A DNA stretch of 63,579 nucleotides, filler included, from Choristocarpus tenellus KU-1152 (Eukaryota > Protista > Phaeophyceae), in assembly GCA_964200185.2 (NCBI GenBank). It is 9 parts of 9 records of this genome, joined end to end, with 100 filler letters (N's around TTAATTAATTAA, not from the genome) between each part and the next. Parts side by side here need not be neighbours in the genome. Positions count along the whole stretch, not along the records: positions 5,245 to 27,848 come from CAXNAD020000283.1; 8 more parts are not named here. One strand, 5' to 3'. This document shows positions 9,191-22,769 of the stretch, one piece after another. The notes beneath the pieces are model-generated. The model was not told where the DNA came from and did no database searches. It saw nothing but the letters and a program-made list of their open reading frames with translations. A program made the position numbers and the translations under genes. Positions within the stretch are counted from its first letter, which is position 1, and each line of letters opens with the position of its first letter.

Positions 9191-12031
9191 TTCTTTTGAA
9201 CGTTGAGTCAAATGCAGAGTGAGTGCCGTGAGGTGGGAGTGTCGCGCTAACAAATCTGTTGTCAGGGCAAACGTTGGAAGGGTTTTTTTCCTCTAGGTTT
9301 CCTCCTCCGCTGGATCCCTAACGCTGCCTATTGATACGTTTGGACCTGGAAGCGACATTCATTTCATTTCTGCTGCGTTCATGATAGGATGAGGAGTGAC
9401 ATTATATTTCCTTGTCGAATCGTCTGTTTATAGAATTGAAGTAGTTATGCCTCACGCTAGGGGGGCATGTCACAGGCGATATGTCTTGATGGTGGTTTCA
9501 TAAACACCAGTATGACATTGAAGTTCTAGATTTGATATATTTATATTTGTACTTCTTGATTATTTATTTATTACTTGATCATTATGGTCCCCGATTGTGT
9601 AAGACATCGTTGATCAGTTCCTTTTTATATGATATTGACGAATAATCCAAGTGAGATATCCAGCATACTTGACGACTTGTGCATCAGGAGTCTTATACGT
9701 ACATCAGCATCATCTATACGACCGTAGATTGGAGCTATACATCCTGTGGAGGTAAGCTTTCTGGGACGCCTGTAACAAGTCTTTCGTGTGTGAGCCCTGG
9801 TCTTGTCTTTAGGGCAATTAATTGGAGTCACAGTGATCTTGTTGCTACTTTCTTTGTTGGGAGCAAAACCGAAGACTGGCAACCAATTTTTGTTGGGCGA
9901 GAAAGGGAAAAGAAAGATTACATAATTTTGAAGGAAAGATCAAAGGGTCAATGGGGTTCGAAATAGCGTATATCTACTCTTGTGATAGTTAAGGTTACCA
10001 TCGGAGAGAGATGTGAATAATATCCGAGGAGTAAAAATGGGGCGCAAAACACCGAAAATGTCCTCCATTCTCGCCAACTAGCTTTAACGATTGATCTCAT
10101 GGCTGAGATGGAGGACCTTTTCGGAACTGATTTGGGTTTACTGCGGGGAAAGGGTTAGTGAGCCAAAGTAAATGAGAGGTACCCAGGTTTTGGCCGTTTT
10201 GCATTCTAGGTCAGTTTTTCATTAATTTTCAATTCGCCCACAATTTCTAGCTAACTTTGACTTGAGATCGTTGATTTCTCTATTGTTTCAAACTTTTGAA
10301 CAGAATCATGAGAGAAGTTCCTGTAAGCTTTCGCAAAAATAGTCGAATTTAGCACACATTTGTCAGTATCCTTGAAATTCAACTCTAGGTACCTCTTGTT
10401 TACTTTGATTTTAGTGCAGGTTAAGAGTTCCAAGGAAGTGTGGGCATAACCTTACTACTAGAAGTATTACTGTACTAGGCAGATGCCCCGTTTTCCTGGT
10501 CTACACTTCGACCCAATTGGAGCCACAACAACATTCTACTTTATTTTTGTACGCATTTTCCTTTGTAACAAACAAGAGCAGATGCGATAATGGTAAGAAC
10601 AGAACGGATGGGATATTAGAAACTTATTGGATAGAACGGATGAGAGGTGAGGAATAAAGTCATTTATTCGCTCTGGCTGACACACTCTATGTCAGTTTTC
10701 CGCATTCATGGTATAGCGACAAGACAGAATAAATGATACAATGCGGAGTTGCATTGTTAACTAGACCACTAGAGATGCGCAATAGGTAGCGCTTGTCACA
10801 CATGGAATCGAATTTATTAACTGACACCATATTTGCACGTTAAAATATAAGTCTGGCGTGAACGAGGTCCAAACCTGAGAGATCATACTGGAAACAAGAA
10901 ACAGTCCTTTTCCCGACTGTACCATGAAGATCCTAGAGGTCTAATCTGGCAACCATTACACACACATGTGTGTGTAGGGACTTGATCGCTTGTGTCAAAT
11001 CAAGCATCAACACACGACTATTGATTTACACACTTCATGTAATAATTAATGTACAATATGAAAAGAACGACTCTGTTCTACAAGTTCACGGTCATCATTT
11101 CCCACCCATTTGTTATGGAAATGTTTTTGTTGCTTCTAGACAGTCGTAGTACAGTACGTAGTATTACGTACTATTCTTGTTACCCCTAACAAAGATGTTA
11201 CATATGCGATGTCGCCCTTCATACCTACGTAGCATACGCGGCATAGGGTTTTCGTCGTACTACCCGCGAATATACTTGCAGACGCCCTACCAGCACCTTT
11301 CCCGCGTTCACTTGACTTCAATAAACTGGAAAGAACCAAGAAACAGGAAGGGTTTCGATTTTTCCGCATCTTGGGAGGCGTTTAAGAAGTATCATACATA
11401 CATAATACATAGAATTCTGTAACCTGAATACGTCATCCATGCTTCCACACGTGTTTTACATCGTACAGCCCTCCCTCACAACATGTCCAAAATGTCCAAG
11501 GGCATAATAATATTATGATAAACAGTTAATAGTATTTTGCTAGACCTCTAAAGTTCCAAAACCTCATTGCTCTCCTTGAACGCGAAATACAACACGCTCG
11601 GAAACACCACACTATGTACTAACAAAAAAAAAATCGTTACGCCTTCACTTCAAGCTTTCGGAGAAAAATACAATGTGAATATGTTCTTATATGCCTAACT
11701 TGTATGTCTCCACAAAATTATTCCTTCCAACAAATTTATACTAGAGCGTTCTGCTGATCAGAACAGATTTTGAAATTTTTCGAGATAGTAGTGTGTGGAA
11801 TGTCGATAAAGGAGACGGTGGAAAGTATTTTAATAGTGAAATAATAAGATTGCCGAGAGGCACATCGTGGGACAAGGCTTGAGGACAGGTCCCCCTGTCC
11901 CAGCGACAAGAAAACAGTCCACCGTCATCAAACCAAAATAAAGTTTTGTCATCTCTCCTCCTACGCTTGAGGTCTACACTGTTATTGTATACATTTGCAG
12001 AACATAACAATCTTCTTGACCCAGCATCAAC

Positions 12032-15000
12032 ATGACGACGAACCACCTTTCGCGTGCGACATACCTGCTGCTGGTGCTCCTGATCTCGACTTCTTGCCGA
12101 GGGCAATCGGACGAGGCCTTGATGTGCGAGTCGGATTCCGCCGTCAGTCCCTTCGCCCCCCTGGCCAGAAGAGTCACCGCCTTCGAGAAGCGCTCTGATG
12201 CCGCCCAAGCCGAACTCGACCTCAGACATCAGTGCCACAACAACAACGGAGACGAGGAAAAATATCCGTCGTTAATCGGTAACTTCCATAAAACCTTGCC
12301 CCACAATGAGTACGGAGAGGTGAGGACTTGTTGATTCCATAAACGAGCATCGATAATGCGCACATTCCGTTGGGTGTACAGGAGGGGGTCGAAGGATACG
12401 ATACTGCTTCTTGTGTGTGCGCTTTTCCTCTTCGACACTCTTGCTCTATGCATCACCTTTTCTGCAGGTATTCGACCTGTATTTCTGTGCTCTAAGGAAG
12501 ATCGAAAAGTCATTGAACGTGGAGATGAGGGGGAATCTAACCCCCTCTGTGGTGGAAGTCAGATCGGCTCTCCATTCACAGCCTTGGCGCATGCTATCGA
12601 TCCACACCTTTTGCCGCCCCTCCCTCATTCTCGTACAGGTAGATACCGAGGCGTACGATGCTCTACTTCGTTGTCTGTCCTCAGGAGATTTCTCCGAGTG
12701 TGATAATATCCCTGGAGGACCAAGAAAGCTGGCGAATCCCTTGGGAGGACTAACATTCCAGATGCGAGGACCTGACCCGTGAGTTAGAAGGGTCGTCTTG
12801 TTGAATCGAAACTACCCCCAGACATCTAGCATGACGGGGTGGGGAAGTCTGATGCCGTATTTTTCTTCACCTGGCTCGTAGTATGCATAGAGACTCAGGG
12901 GAGGTGTAATGCACGGCGGAGCTCCTCTGGATTGCACAGCCAACCCACTCACGTGATATTTGGTCAGTTTTTGCAGGGCTTGTGCGATTTTTCTGCGAAA
13001 CCTTTCAGTCATGGTTTAGTTATAAGCTGGGCCGCCTGAATTAGGCTGATCAAGGCCCAATTTGGTTAGCATTTTCATGGTCGCCCAAACAGGTCTACCT
13101 GGGTGAGAGTTGTAGAGATCCAAATATGCCCATCCCACGTTGTGGGATAGGGTTAGGATTGGTGTTGGTGGCAAGGTTTGGGTGAAGGATCCAACAATCG
13201 TACAGGGATTGGGTTTGGGTTAGTGAGGTCGGGGCAGAAACTCCAGAAATAACAAGGAAAAATTGCAATAACACTGATAAAACACAGGTGTGGAGGGGTG
13301 GGGGTCTCTGCAAGCAGTGCATTACAGTACTTCTAGGGATGAGGAATCGGAATCCTATTTCGGAGGATAGTCGCCCTCTATTTTTGTCGTTTAATTTAGT
13401 GTGCCAGCATTTTGAAGCTCCAAGGTTGAAACCTGCCTTGCTAGACAACCTTCCAGCCTTACGACCTGCCTAACACCGCATGGCCTGCTTGTTGACCTTG
13501 TCATTACGTTTCCTCGCACTTTCTTTTTTCCCGGTCCATTTCAGTCAAGCGATCGTGTTGAGGCCACCACCAAGCCTGGAATCCGCACAGCTGGCGGCCC
13601 AGATGGCTGAGGTAGCTCGCTTGTTGCCTCGAAGATTCCCATGTCTCTTGCAATGCGTGCACGGGGTGTTCTTGTGTATTTCCTGATTCCCTACTCGGAG
13701 TATAGTCTACCCTGTTTGTTGAGTGGCACAGCAAGTCTGGCCCTGACTTGCTGTCCTCATTACTCTCTGTGTGTATATATATATGAGAATTATCGCTTTT
13801 CATGGGTCAATCAGCATGGAGTTTGAGGGTCTGTACTTCCGGTAAGAGCTGTTCTTTGGCATAATCCATCGTCGTTTTGGTGTCGTAAGCAAGTGCTGCA
13901 AAAATCTATCTGTTGTGCCATAATATATTCCCCGTACTCGACATTGAACTGCTGTGTTCATTTCCCCACGGAAGGTGTACTGGATGTCATTGCTTAGGGA
14001 TGTGCCCTTCAGTGAGTACGGTACAAACGAGCTAGCAAAGAAGGCCGCAGGTTAGTTGATGAGTGGTTTTGATTTGTTGACGTGGTTAGGAGTGAAGCAC
14101 AACCAGACTGGGTTGCATATATTGAGGAGTGTGTGTGTCTCTGTGTGTGTTCGTGTGGTGTGTGTGTTTTTTTGTTGAAATTATGCATTAGGTTGATAAA
14201 ATACTCCAGATTAATATCTCTTACTAATTGGACTACGGCCGTGTCATGGCACACGCATCCAAGATCTAGCGTGCCATACTAGTCATCTTCATTAGATCTG
14301 CACCCTTCGCTCACAGGCTCCTCGTTCCCTGCATCAAAACCCTTTATCATTCCACAGAGAATCTTGCCGAGATGCCTGGATACTTTGGCTATGGTCGACC
14401 TGTAAACTCTGATGGATCAGTGGATCCCGCCAGCCAACTCTTCCGAACATCGTTTCCTGGGGTGACCGAGGGACCACATGTGTCACAGGCGAGAATTCCA
14501 TTCCGTGCTCATCTATTGGATTTGCCCAGGATCCTTTCTGTGGGTGGACGTTTCTCTTTACACAGTCGAGCACCAAGAATAATGTATGAAAGTACAATGT
14601 GTTCCTGTACCCATATGCTCTGATTGCTGCGTCTCTCCCCTCATACCTCCATCAACGGTTCAAACAGTGCCTACTCAAGAACTTTAGGTTGGATGGCATT
14701 GATGTTGCACCGATGCTGCAAACACCCTTGCCTGGTCTAGACTTCATGACGGACTACCAGGATTGGCTAGACGTCCAGGTGCGTGTCCTTGAGAGCACAT
14801 ACGACCATGTAGGGCTGGGCCAAAATGGTTAGGGCAACCCTTGAGGCGCCGCCTCTATTTGTTTGAACATACATTTTTACCCCGAGCTGCATATCCTTCT
14901 TAGGCCTGTGACAAGTCCTCACACACACATAATTCTGTAGTTCAATGTACATCGCCAACAAAATCGTAGACCTGCTGTGTGTTCGTTGGAAATACAAGGA

Positions 15001-18000
15001 TACGTCGTGGGCGTTCGGTTGTACACTAGTGCTGAGTTTCTCAAGTATTCACTGTCTAGGGCGTTCTATATGTGCTTGTATGTGCAATTATCACTATTGA
15101 AAGCATTTGCTGGGAGTTCTCTCCTATTTTTTGGGTTGTGGAGAAGCATGCTTGTATTGACCAGTGCAGTCAAAGACAACGGCAAAGAAAATCAAATTGA
15201 ACCATTCCGTTGAGCAGATATTCAGTACCACCTCCTAACAATTGGCGGGGGGGCCTGTGCATCAGATTCTCAAGTGTGAACAGAGCATGTTTCCTAAAGA
15301 TCCGAGTACCCTTTTAGAATAAGCGTATATGCTGCTCCCAATTTGTAGACATTAGTCCACTCCTTCATGGATGGGATGTCCATCACTCCAGTAGAAGTGA
15401 AGGGTGAACTCAACGCATATTCTCTCCTGTGCGGAGGTGCATGTTGGCAACATAAAGGGAGCCGGGAAAGTGCCGACCTACCCTCAAGTCTTGCTCTTAA
15501 TCGTGTATAACAGGTCGAGGTTGAGGTGTAACGGACTGAAGAGGAAACGTGTCTCACACCATTTGCAGAGTGGGTAATTTGTCACATCAAGTCAATAGGA
15601 TACATTTGGCCGCATCCCACTCCCTATTACCTCCATCTTGTTGTCGTGACTTGGATGCAAATGTGCTCTCCAATTCTGCTTGCTCAGGGGCGAGGTACTG
15701 TACACAGAACACAAACATATCGCCACAGGAGTTCCCACAATGCTTGCTTGATTCACCACAGTTGGAGAGTGTCCAAAATTGGTTTGTGTGTCCAGGAGAT
15801 GGTTCAGTGGCGCATTTTTCATCACCTCATGGGCAATCTTATGAGTCGTCTTGATCAACAGGTCATCCCTCCAGACCTAGCCGTGGTTCTATCTACAGCT
15901 CACCTGCAATCACAGCCGCATTAGAATGCGCATTCTGTGGGCCTGACCCACCGCTGCCCCCAAATTGAACTTCATTCTACTCCTGTATTATACATACATC
16001 AATATATCATTGTCCCCTCGTACTTCACCCCCCTCCCTGACCCCCAGAATGGTGAGAGCACTGATCCCCATGAGCTGGATGCAACTCCTCGCTTTGTTCG
16101 CAATGCTCGAGACCTCGGTCAGACAGTGTTTGTTGACACAAACATCAGGTTGGTGGATGGGTGAATAAGTGCATTTGAATGCGCATGCCAGTGTTGGTGA
16201 CGCTTCATTTTTCATTATCTGGTATCATTGATATACGGAGTACATTTCATCGTTTCGAAGTATAGGGCTAGGTGAGGCTCCATAGGCCCCTATGGTCAAA
16301 ATGTTATTCTTCGATTTCTCAATTGTGTGCCCTATCGATGATACGTGCTCCACTACTCATCATTTGTTCACCATTTTATGTATTGCTTCTCTCAGTTGAG
16401 GTGTGACACTTTCTTGTAATTTAATCTTGCCTTCAATGCTGCTATCGGTGATATTAAACATTGAGATAACCACTGCTCCATTAGACTGGATATTCGGCAC
16501 AACTATCTGCCCTAGTCAAACAGCGATATATCAATATTTAACAGGCCGCTGTTAATCACGAAGCAATTCACTTAGCAAATGTATCATTAACGTTCATAGG
16601 TGACAAATTTTCCATGTTTGCATGGTCAGGACGAAAACACAAACTCAAACCTAAAACCCAAATTGACACACACTTCAAAGAGCAGACTCGCCTAACCCTA
16701 CAATCGTTTTGGCCCCTTCCTCATGCGCCAGTGAGTTCTTTCGCTGTTCATTGATCTTACTCCAGGAGGGTGCTGTGCCAGGTGGCAATATTGGTCCCTA
16801 CAGGGAAAGCGCTCGGCAGGGTGGCTTCGCAACTTGTGGTCCTGGGCACTTCATGGAGGTAGTTGGCAGTGTTCACTCCGCAACTCGGCAGACATGGTAC
16901 CAGAAGGTGAGATGTCATCGCAGCAGCCTTAGTGAGAACGGGAGCCCGTTATTGTGCTTGCAAGATGTTCCCATTCCTTACCTGTTTTCTTCGAGAGAAT
17001 GAGGTCACTGTGTGGAGTACCGACCATGTAGATATGTTTTGATGATCCAAACACCACCAGCAACAACAACACGATCCTGCACACGACACAGGCATACACC
17101 GAGCGAAACATGCAGTCTCTGTCGTTGGGCAAGGAATGTGGATTAGTTCAAAGTTTTCACAAATGGAAAATGGAGTAGATCCACTCAATTCAGCGGTACC
17201 AGTCTGGGTTGCCTTTGCCATCGAAATTACTGAGGTTGTTGTCTTAACGCGTCTCCCTGTTGTCAACCATCCCACATGGACTTCCCGAATTGGAATATAT
17301 GTGTGGATATGTGAACTATATCGTCCTCTAAGTTTGTGCCAGTCTTTCCCCTGCCATTCGAAAAGAATCATAAACATATATTATCCCGAGCACTGATCAA
17401 ATGTTTCGGGGAAATGATGGTCAGGATGAATCAAATTGCTCACCAAGTTTATCTCCACTTCTCGCACTCTAACTGTAGATTCTCCGCACCCTTTCCTCTC
17501 TCGATCCTCGGCAGTGGAATGTACATCGCTTTCTCCGACCGGAGGCCATGGCAGGCGTTCTCCACAATGATGTCTTCAATGGGCGCAATTCCCCAATTGA
17601 CAAGAGCTTGCTCGAAAACGAACTACTAAAAGAGCATGTGATGGAACACACCTATAAGAACAATGCGCTCCTTGGTGTTGAAAATCCCGAAGTCAGTCTG
17701 CTTCTTCCAGTGGTGAGGGCCTTCTCCAATATTTTTTTGATGTGGGGGAGGGTAATGTGTGCTGTTCTTAGATATAGAATAGCGTTTCAAAATGTATGGT
17801 GGTATGATGCCGAAGCTGCAGAGATATTGACAGACATATGCGTATGCCTTGAGGACAAGACCACATGCCAACCTCTGACCTGGAGAAGAGAGTCTTGTAC
17901 TAGAGAGACAATACGGGTGTGGATCTTGTTCTTCACTCCTAAGAGTATCAACATTCTGTTCACTTGTATTTTTGTTACGGGCGAATAGCGCGAGCATTTC

Positions 18001-20997
18001 TTCTTGTGTTCTGACAAAGTGCGAGCATTTTGTACACGCGAATAGTGCGAGCATTTCTTCTCATGTTTTAGCAATCACGAACAATATACGATATAGGTAG
18101 GTAGCCTTAGAGAACAAATGCTGATTTCATAGAAGATACAGAGTAAGATTCGGAATGCATACGTATCATTACAGAAGAAAAATGTCAAAGATCCTACTAA
18201 GAAGTTGCAGAATAAAGGTTTATGATTGGAGTACGTATAGAGCATTTGCATAGAGGACCAAAGAAATTGGGTGGATGATGAAAATAATAAGAGGCTTTTA
18301 GTGATAACATTTTTACCCCTCTTACCAGTCTTTTATCTTGAACGAAATTTTGAGTCGAGCTTTGAGATAAGTACTTGAGTGGAGTATCAAGAGAGAAGGC
18401 TACCTGACACCCTACAAACTGTTACCAAGGGCAAAGCCCCCATAGCGTTGTTTTAGGTCGTTGGATTTGAGTTACACATCCTGTGGAGGTGAGTTCAGGG
18501 GCACACTGTAACATTTTTGTGCCGAGTGCTTGGAGTATCACTGGCTCTAAAGATGTCAACCTTGCAGGATTCAAGTTCTAACTCTGTCTTAACACCATCA
18601 AGCCATCATCGTTGTGAACAAGAGGTGTCTTGTCTCTACTACGCTTGGTTACATCCCATATCATCATTTCTTTCAATCTTCCCACAACTTCCTGCAGGGA
18701 GTCCCTGAAGGGTCACCAACTCACCCGAGCTACCCTGCTGGTCATAGTGTCAACAGCGGAGCAGCGACTACTGTGCTTAAGGTGATGGCATGGAAAACAC
18801 AATTGCTCACTGCTTGGTAACATCCTACTCGGTTGTACTACTGGGCAGATACTCTCGGCAGTATAGATTTTGTTCTATAGCACTTCATGGTACTAAAAGT
18901 AATGTCTTGAAATATCTTGAACTTTGTAGAAGAGTTAGTGTTGCTCTCCACAAGGAGACATTCGTCTTCTCTCACTACAACAGACGATTTGCACTTTCCC
19001 GTTGAATTTTGGAGGCAGCTAGTCTTCCTTGAATATCTATCTTGAACTGTCTAATTTCAATCTGGCCGTCCTTTCTCCATCCAATGTGTACTGCATTTCT
19101 TGCGTATTGCCATCCTACCTAAGGCCTTCCTGGGCCCCAACGGCAAAAATTGTGTGGACAACCCTGTAGATGTGAGTGATTGTGGTCTAGAGCGATTCCC
19201 TCTTGAGGAGGGTGGGACACCGAGCTGCCTAACCTGGACGGGGGAGCTGAACAAGCTAGCCTCCAATATCGCGATGGGAAGGTATAGTTGATGAGGATTT
19301 TGTTCATCTTGTTCAGTGAAGTGCAAAACGATTACTATTCTTCCATACACCAATGTCATTCACGAACTGTATGCCAATGTTAGGCGTAGGACACGAAGGT
19401 CTTCATGGTGCGCCACGAAGTTAAGTACAGGCTTTGAATTTAGCTGAGATCCTCTCGATGTGAGGGGGGGGGAATTATCGTCTCTTGTACTCTCCTTGTC
19501 CCGCTGGAGGTTTGTTGATAGATGTTTGCACAACTTGCATATCGATAACTTCAGATTCAATACATTTTCCTTGTTGATGCGGTCGGTAGAGTGCATTGTA
19601 TTGGATGATATTTTGGGCACATTTCAATTGATATATGAGGCTTGGAGTGATTGAGCATCCGATTGACGCAGATGTGTATGGTATTTTGCAATAATTAATC
19701 CCACCAGAAGAAGCTCTCTTTAAACCATTGAATAAGCTTGCCTCAATTTTTTAACCTGAGAATTTGTGACTAAGCACCAAATCAGCTGGGTGAGACATGA
19801 TGTATGCTACCACCACCACCTGATGTGCAATTCTCCACCACTGTAGCCTCAAGAGATCGCTCTTTGTCTCTCATCTACCAAATGTGCGCTGACCACACAG
19901 GTCGATGCTGGGTGTGCACTTCCGCGCTGACAATGTTGATGGCATGCTCTTTGGTGAGGTCATCGCCGTTCGGATCCTGCAAGAGGTCAGTGACATATAT
20001 GCACAACCGAAAGAACACAATTTGCAACGAAATTGAGGAAAGAGTCTTGGGGAAAGGTAGCATTTTGTTGTGTATTGTATGAAGTAGTGACTATGACGCT
20101 CTCCCATGCTGTTGGTGATACGTCAGTGCAAGGAAGACGAAGTTATCACCACAGCAGGCAATTATGCTGCTATTCCACGTAACTGTTGTTCTCCTCAAAA
20201 TGCCTTACCCCATATACTTGCAATGTTAAACGTATGTAGTGAGTGGGAGAGATAACGTGTCTTTGGGAGGACCTCAAACAATTGTATCCTCAAACATCTT
20301 GTCGTATTGGACACAAGTAAAGATCTACAGATTAGATCGCCCCCTTGAGCTTCTCTTGCCTTTGTCGTTGTTCGCACACATTGATTGTACAGGAATTGTC
20401 AGGGCTTCCGGAGGGGGAGATGGCCTTCTGGGAATTTGAACTTTTCAACGGTGACACAATCAAGGTGTGATGAGGGTAGTTCGTGGGTATTGTTGTGTAC
20501 ACCAGCGTGGCAGATTTGGTATGTTCTTCTCCTGGACGCGCACTTGGCATGCATTTGTTGCTTGTACTCACAAATGCTGTCTTGCTTTGAGAGGTGAAGG
20601 CTTAAGAACAACCTCTGCTCGACTCTTGCTCCCTCGGGTCGGAGAACTGCATCGCCAAAAGAGATTTTCATTTCCATTCAAAAGTACTTGAGTACGTATT
20701 TCATGTCTAGAGAGGTTACCTCGATGATGCATTCTACCTGCCGTTGGCACACCTGTTTTTCCCTCTTAGAGAGGTTGTGCCTGGACCAACCTCGACCTTG
20801 GTACATTGGTTCATCAATAGACATGCCATCAGATGCACAAAACACGTCGATCGCTCTTCGATTTCTCAGTTAGACCATTCCTTGGTGTCGTTTTTCCACC
20901 GTCCCTCCGTCTGCAGATTGAACGTGAAGGCAACACCGTTGGTGGGGTTTTCTTCCCTGGTCCGTATGACCCGGACCTGTTCCTTGAGGAAGAGTGA
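12032..20997 (+). CDS. vHPO: Secreted vanadium-dependent haloperoxidase (brown-algal vBPO/vIPO family, iodoperoxidase-like active site), 14 exons, 588 aa
   Basis: Phase-consistent exons: 12032-12319, 12639-12778, 13545-13611, 13975-14050, 14358-14488, 14668-14778, 16048-16148, 16732-16906, 17515-17712, 18698-18781, 19124-19281, 19901-19985, 20393-20464, 20917-20997 (1767 nt). Signal peptide YLLLVLLISTSCRG|Q. Family motifs FHKTLPH, YWMSLLRDVPF, WYQKWNVHRFLRPEA, GSPTHPSYPAGH, GELNKLASNIAMGRSMLGVHFRAD are colinear with Ascophyllum vBPO as recalled. Confidence 0.95.
17973..18513 (+). mobile_element. Solo LTR (541 bp) in vHPO intron 9
   Basis: TGTTAC...GTAACA termini flanked by TTTT on both sides (4-bp TSD). 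The 3' end shares ACATCCTGTGGAGGTRAG...CTGTAACA with the LTRs at 6967 and 9468. Confidence 0.8.
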
Positions 20998-22769
20998 GTA
21001 AAGGGTAGCTCATTCATTACATATTGCTCCACACACGTTGTTGCTGAATTCACCTGTGAAACTAGCTCCTTGGTTTCCACATGTTGGTGTGAGTACGGTT
21101 GGTTTGCAGTACGCTCTTCACATATATTCCCAAGTTTAAAAGAAACTCATCCCGTGTCATGGATTGATTAAGGGTGATTCGTTACAAAAAGGAAGAATGA
21201 AATGATTTCTGCCGTTTCCAGTGACTTGACGAAATACTCTCCACACCCTAATCCTGCAGATGCAAAGACAATGAATGCAAAGGTCGGGAGCTCGAGAGGA
21301 CGAATAGGTTGTACAACAAGGGATACTACTAATTATGCACAACTTGCAGCTACGGCCTAGAACCTCCCCAGTATTATGCATTTACTCAAGGAGCCTGTAA
21401 ATTGGAATAGAACACCTGTCCTCCTCTTTCTCCCCCTAAACCCGGGTGAAGAGCTCTAGAGTACGATATAATTTGTCGAAAATGTTGTTTTGACGTCCGG
21501 AGTAGGGGGAGCCATGACACAGATGTAGATAGGACAGTGCACAGGAGACTTTATCCACATAGGCAAGATATTGAGCCCTCCTCTCTTGCCTCGCAGGAAG
21601 CCTCAGCCCCATGGGAGAGACTTCATTGCAAAGTGTGATGGTTCCCAGCCATGGGGGGGTATTGTGCAAAGCACTGGCGTGTTTGGTTTGTGTAAATTGC
21701 TTGTAGCAATAGTCGAAGTAGGCACTTTCTCCCCCTTCCCCATGAGATCGTTTAATTTTTTAGAGTGTGGGGGCGCTTGATCTTATGGGTTGTAGGGATA
21801 GTCATCGAAGGGGTGTCGATTTCGGTGGTTTTTGAGTCTTGTAAGGACGTTTTCAAACCCTTGTACAATACACCATGGCCGTGCTTGAAATGCAGTCAGC
21901 TTTTTTGTGGAGAGAATGTCTGGAGAAGACGAGACCCTCCAGATGGGAGATATTCGGCACGTGGATTGAAGGATGGAAGATGCCGACGAGATTTTGATGT
22001 AGCAATTGGTGATCGCTGACGACGAAAAAGTTGGAAATGGGTGCAAAACGCACTCGTGTATTCTTATATGCAGTTCGAAAGTAGAGTGTAATAATGACAT
22101 ACTTTTGACGATCTTCTCAAGGAGAGTATCTGACATTTGTTTTATCCAGAAGCAAGCGTTCTTGTGTATTCATAAATTAGAGAAGAGAGAAGTAAGATGT
22201 AGAAAATGTTCCAATAGAAATGATAGTTGAACTCCTGCGAATCTAGCAGGCGTGGTACACATGACAGAAATGCCACAAACAATCTCATTTCTACTGACGT
22301 ACATGTACTACGCAGTATGCTATATGAATGTGTACAAAACTATGAAACAATCAGTCGTCACTGGCAGCGCCTCAAGCTATTACCTAAAAACTCTTCAGCA
22401 GAGACAAAGGCGATGATAACGACAAACACAAAGAGAGAAAAGGAGGAGCTACAATGTCCTCCATTATAACAGGTGCTTGGATATGTCCAGGAGCAGCTGC
22501 ATGGAAGGGTTCTCTGACTAGTGTGTTATAGTTTCCTTCGACAAGTTTGAAAATTTCGTCTGTTGCCATCACACCGCTTCACCTCGTCCGTAAGATGACA
22601 ACGTTGTAGTTGTTCTCCTTCCAGGGTCTCGATTGTTATTTTAACACTGCTCCTGTCCATCTTTGTTAGTGTCAGAACCACAAGTACCGCACCTTGCCCC
22701 CCACTGCTTTTCGGAGGTAGCTATATCGCCGATTGTTGATCTTCTAACCTGTTCCCAGGTATTTCATCA

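Larger units (their letters stand above)
6967..9777 (+). mobile_element. Non-autonomous LTR retroelement (large TRIM/LARD-like, probably Ty3/gypsy-derived), 2811 bp
   Basis: Direct repeats 6967-7270 and 9468-9777 (TGTCACA...TGTAACA, roughly 95% identical by eye). 4-bp TSD AGTC on both sides, PBS directly after the 5' LTR, G-run PPT just before the 3' LTR. No recognisable gag/pol ORF inside. Confidence 0.9.

Noticed and set aside
5380-10570. Possible long inverted repeats (~5430-5530 versus ~10480-10560) bounding a DNA transposon
   Set aside because: Only short scattered word matches; no defined termini, TSD or transposase.
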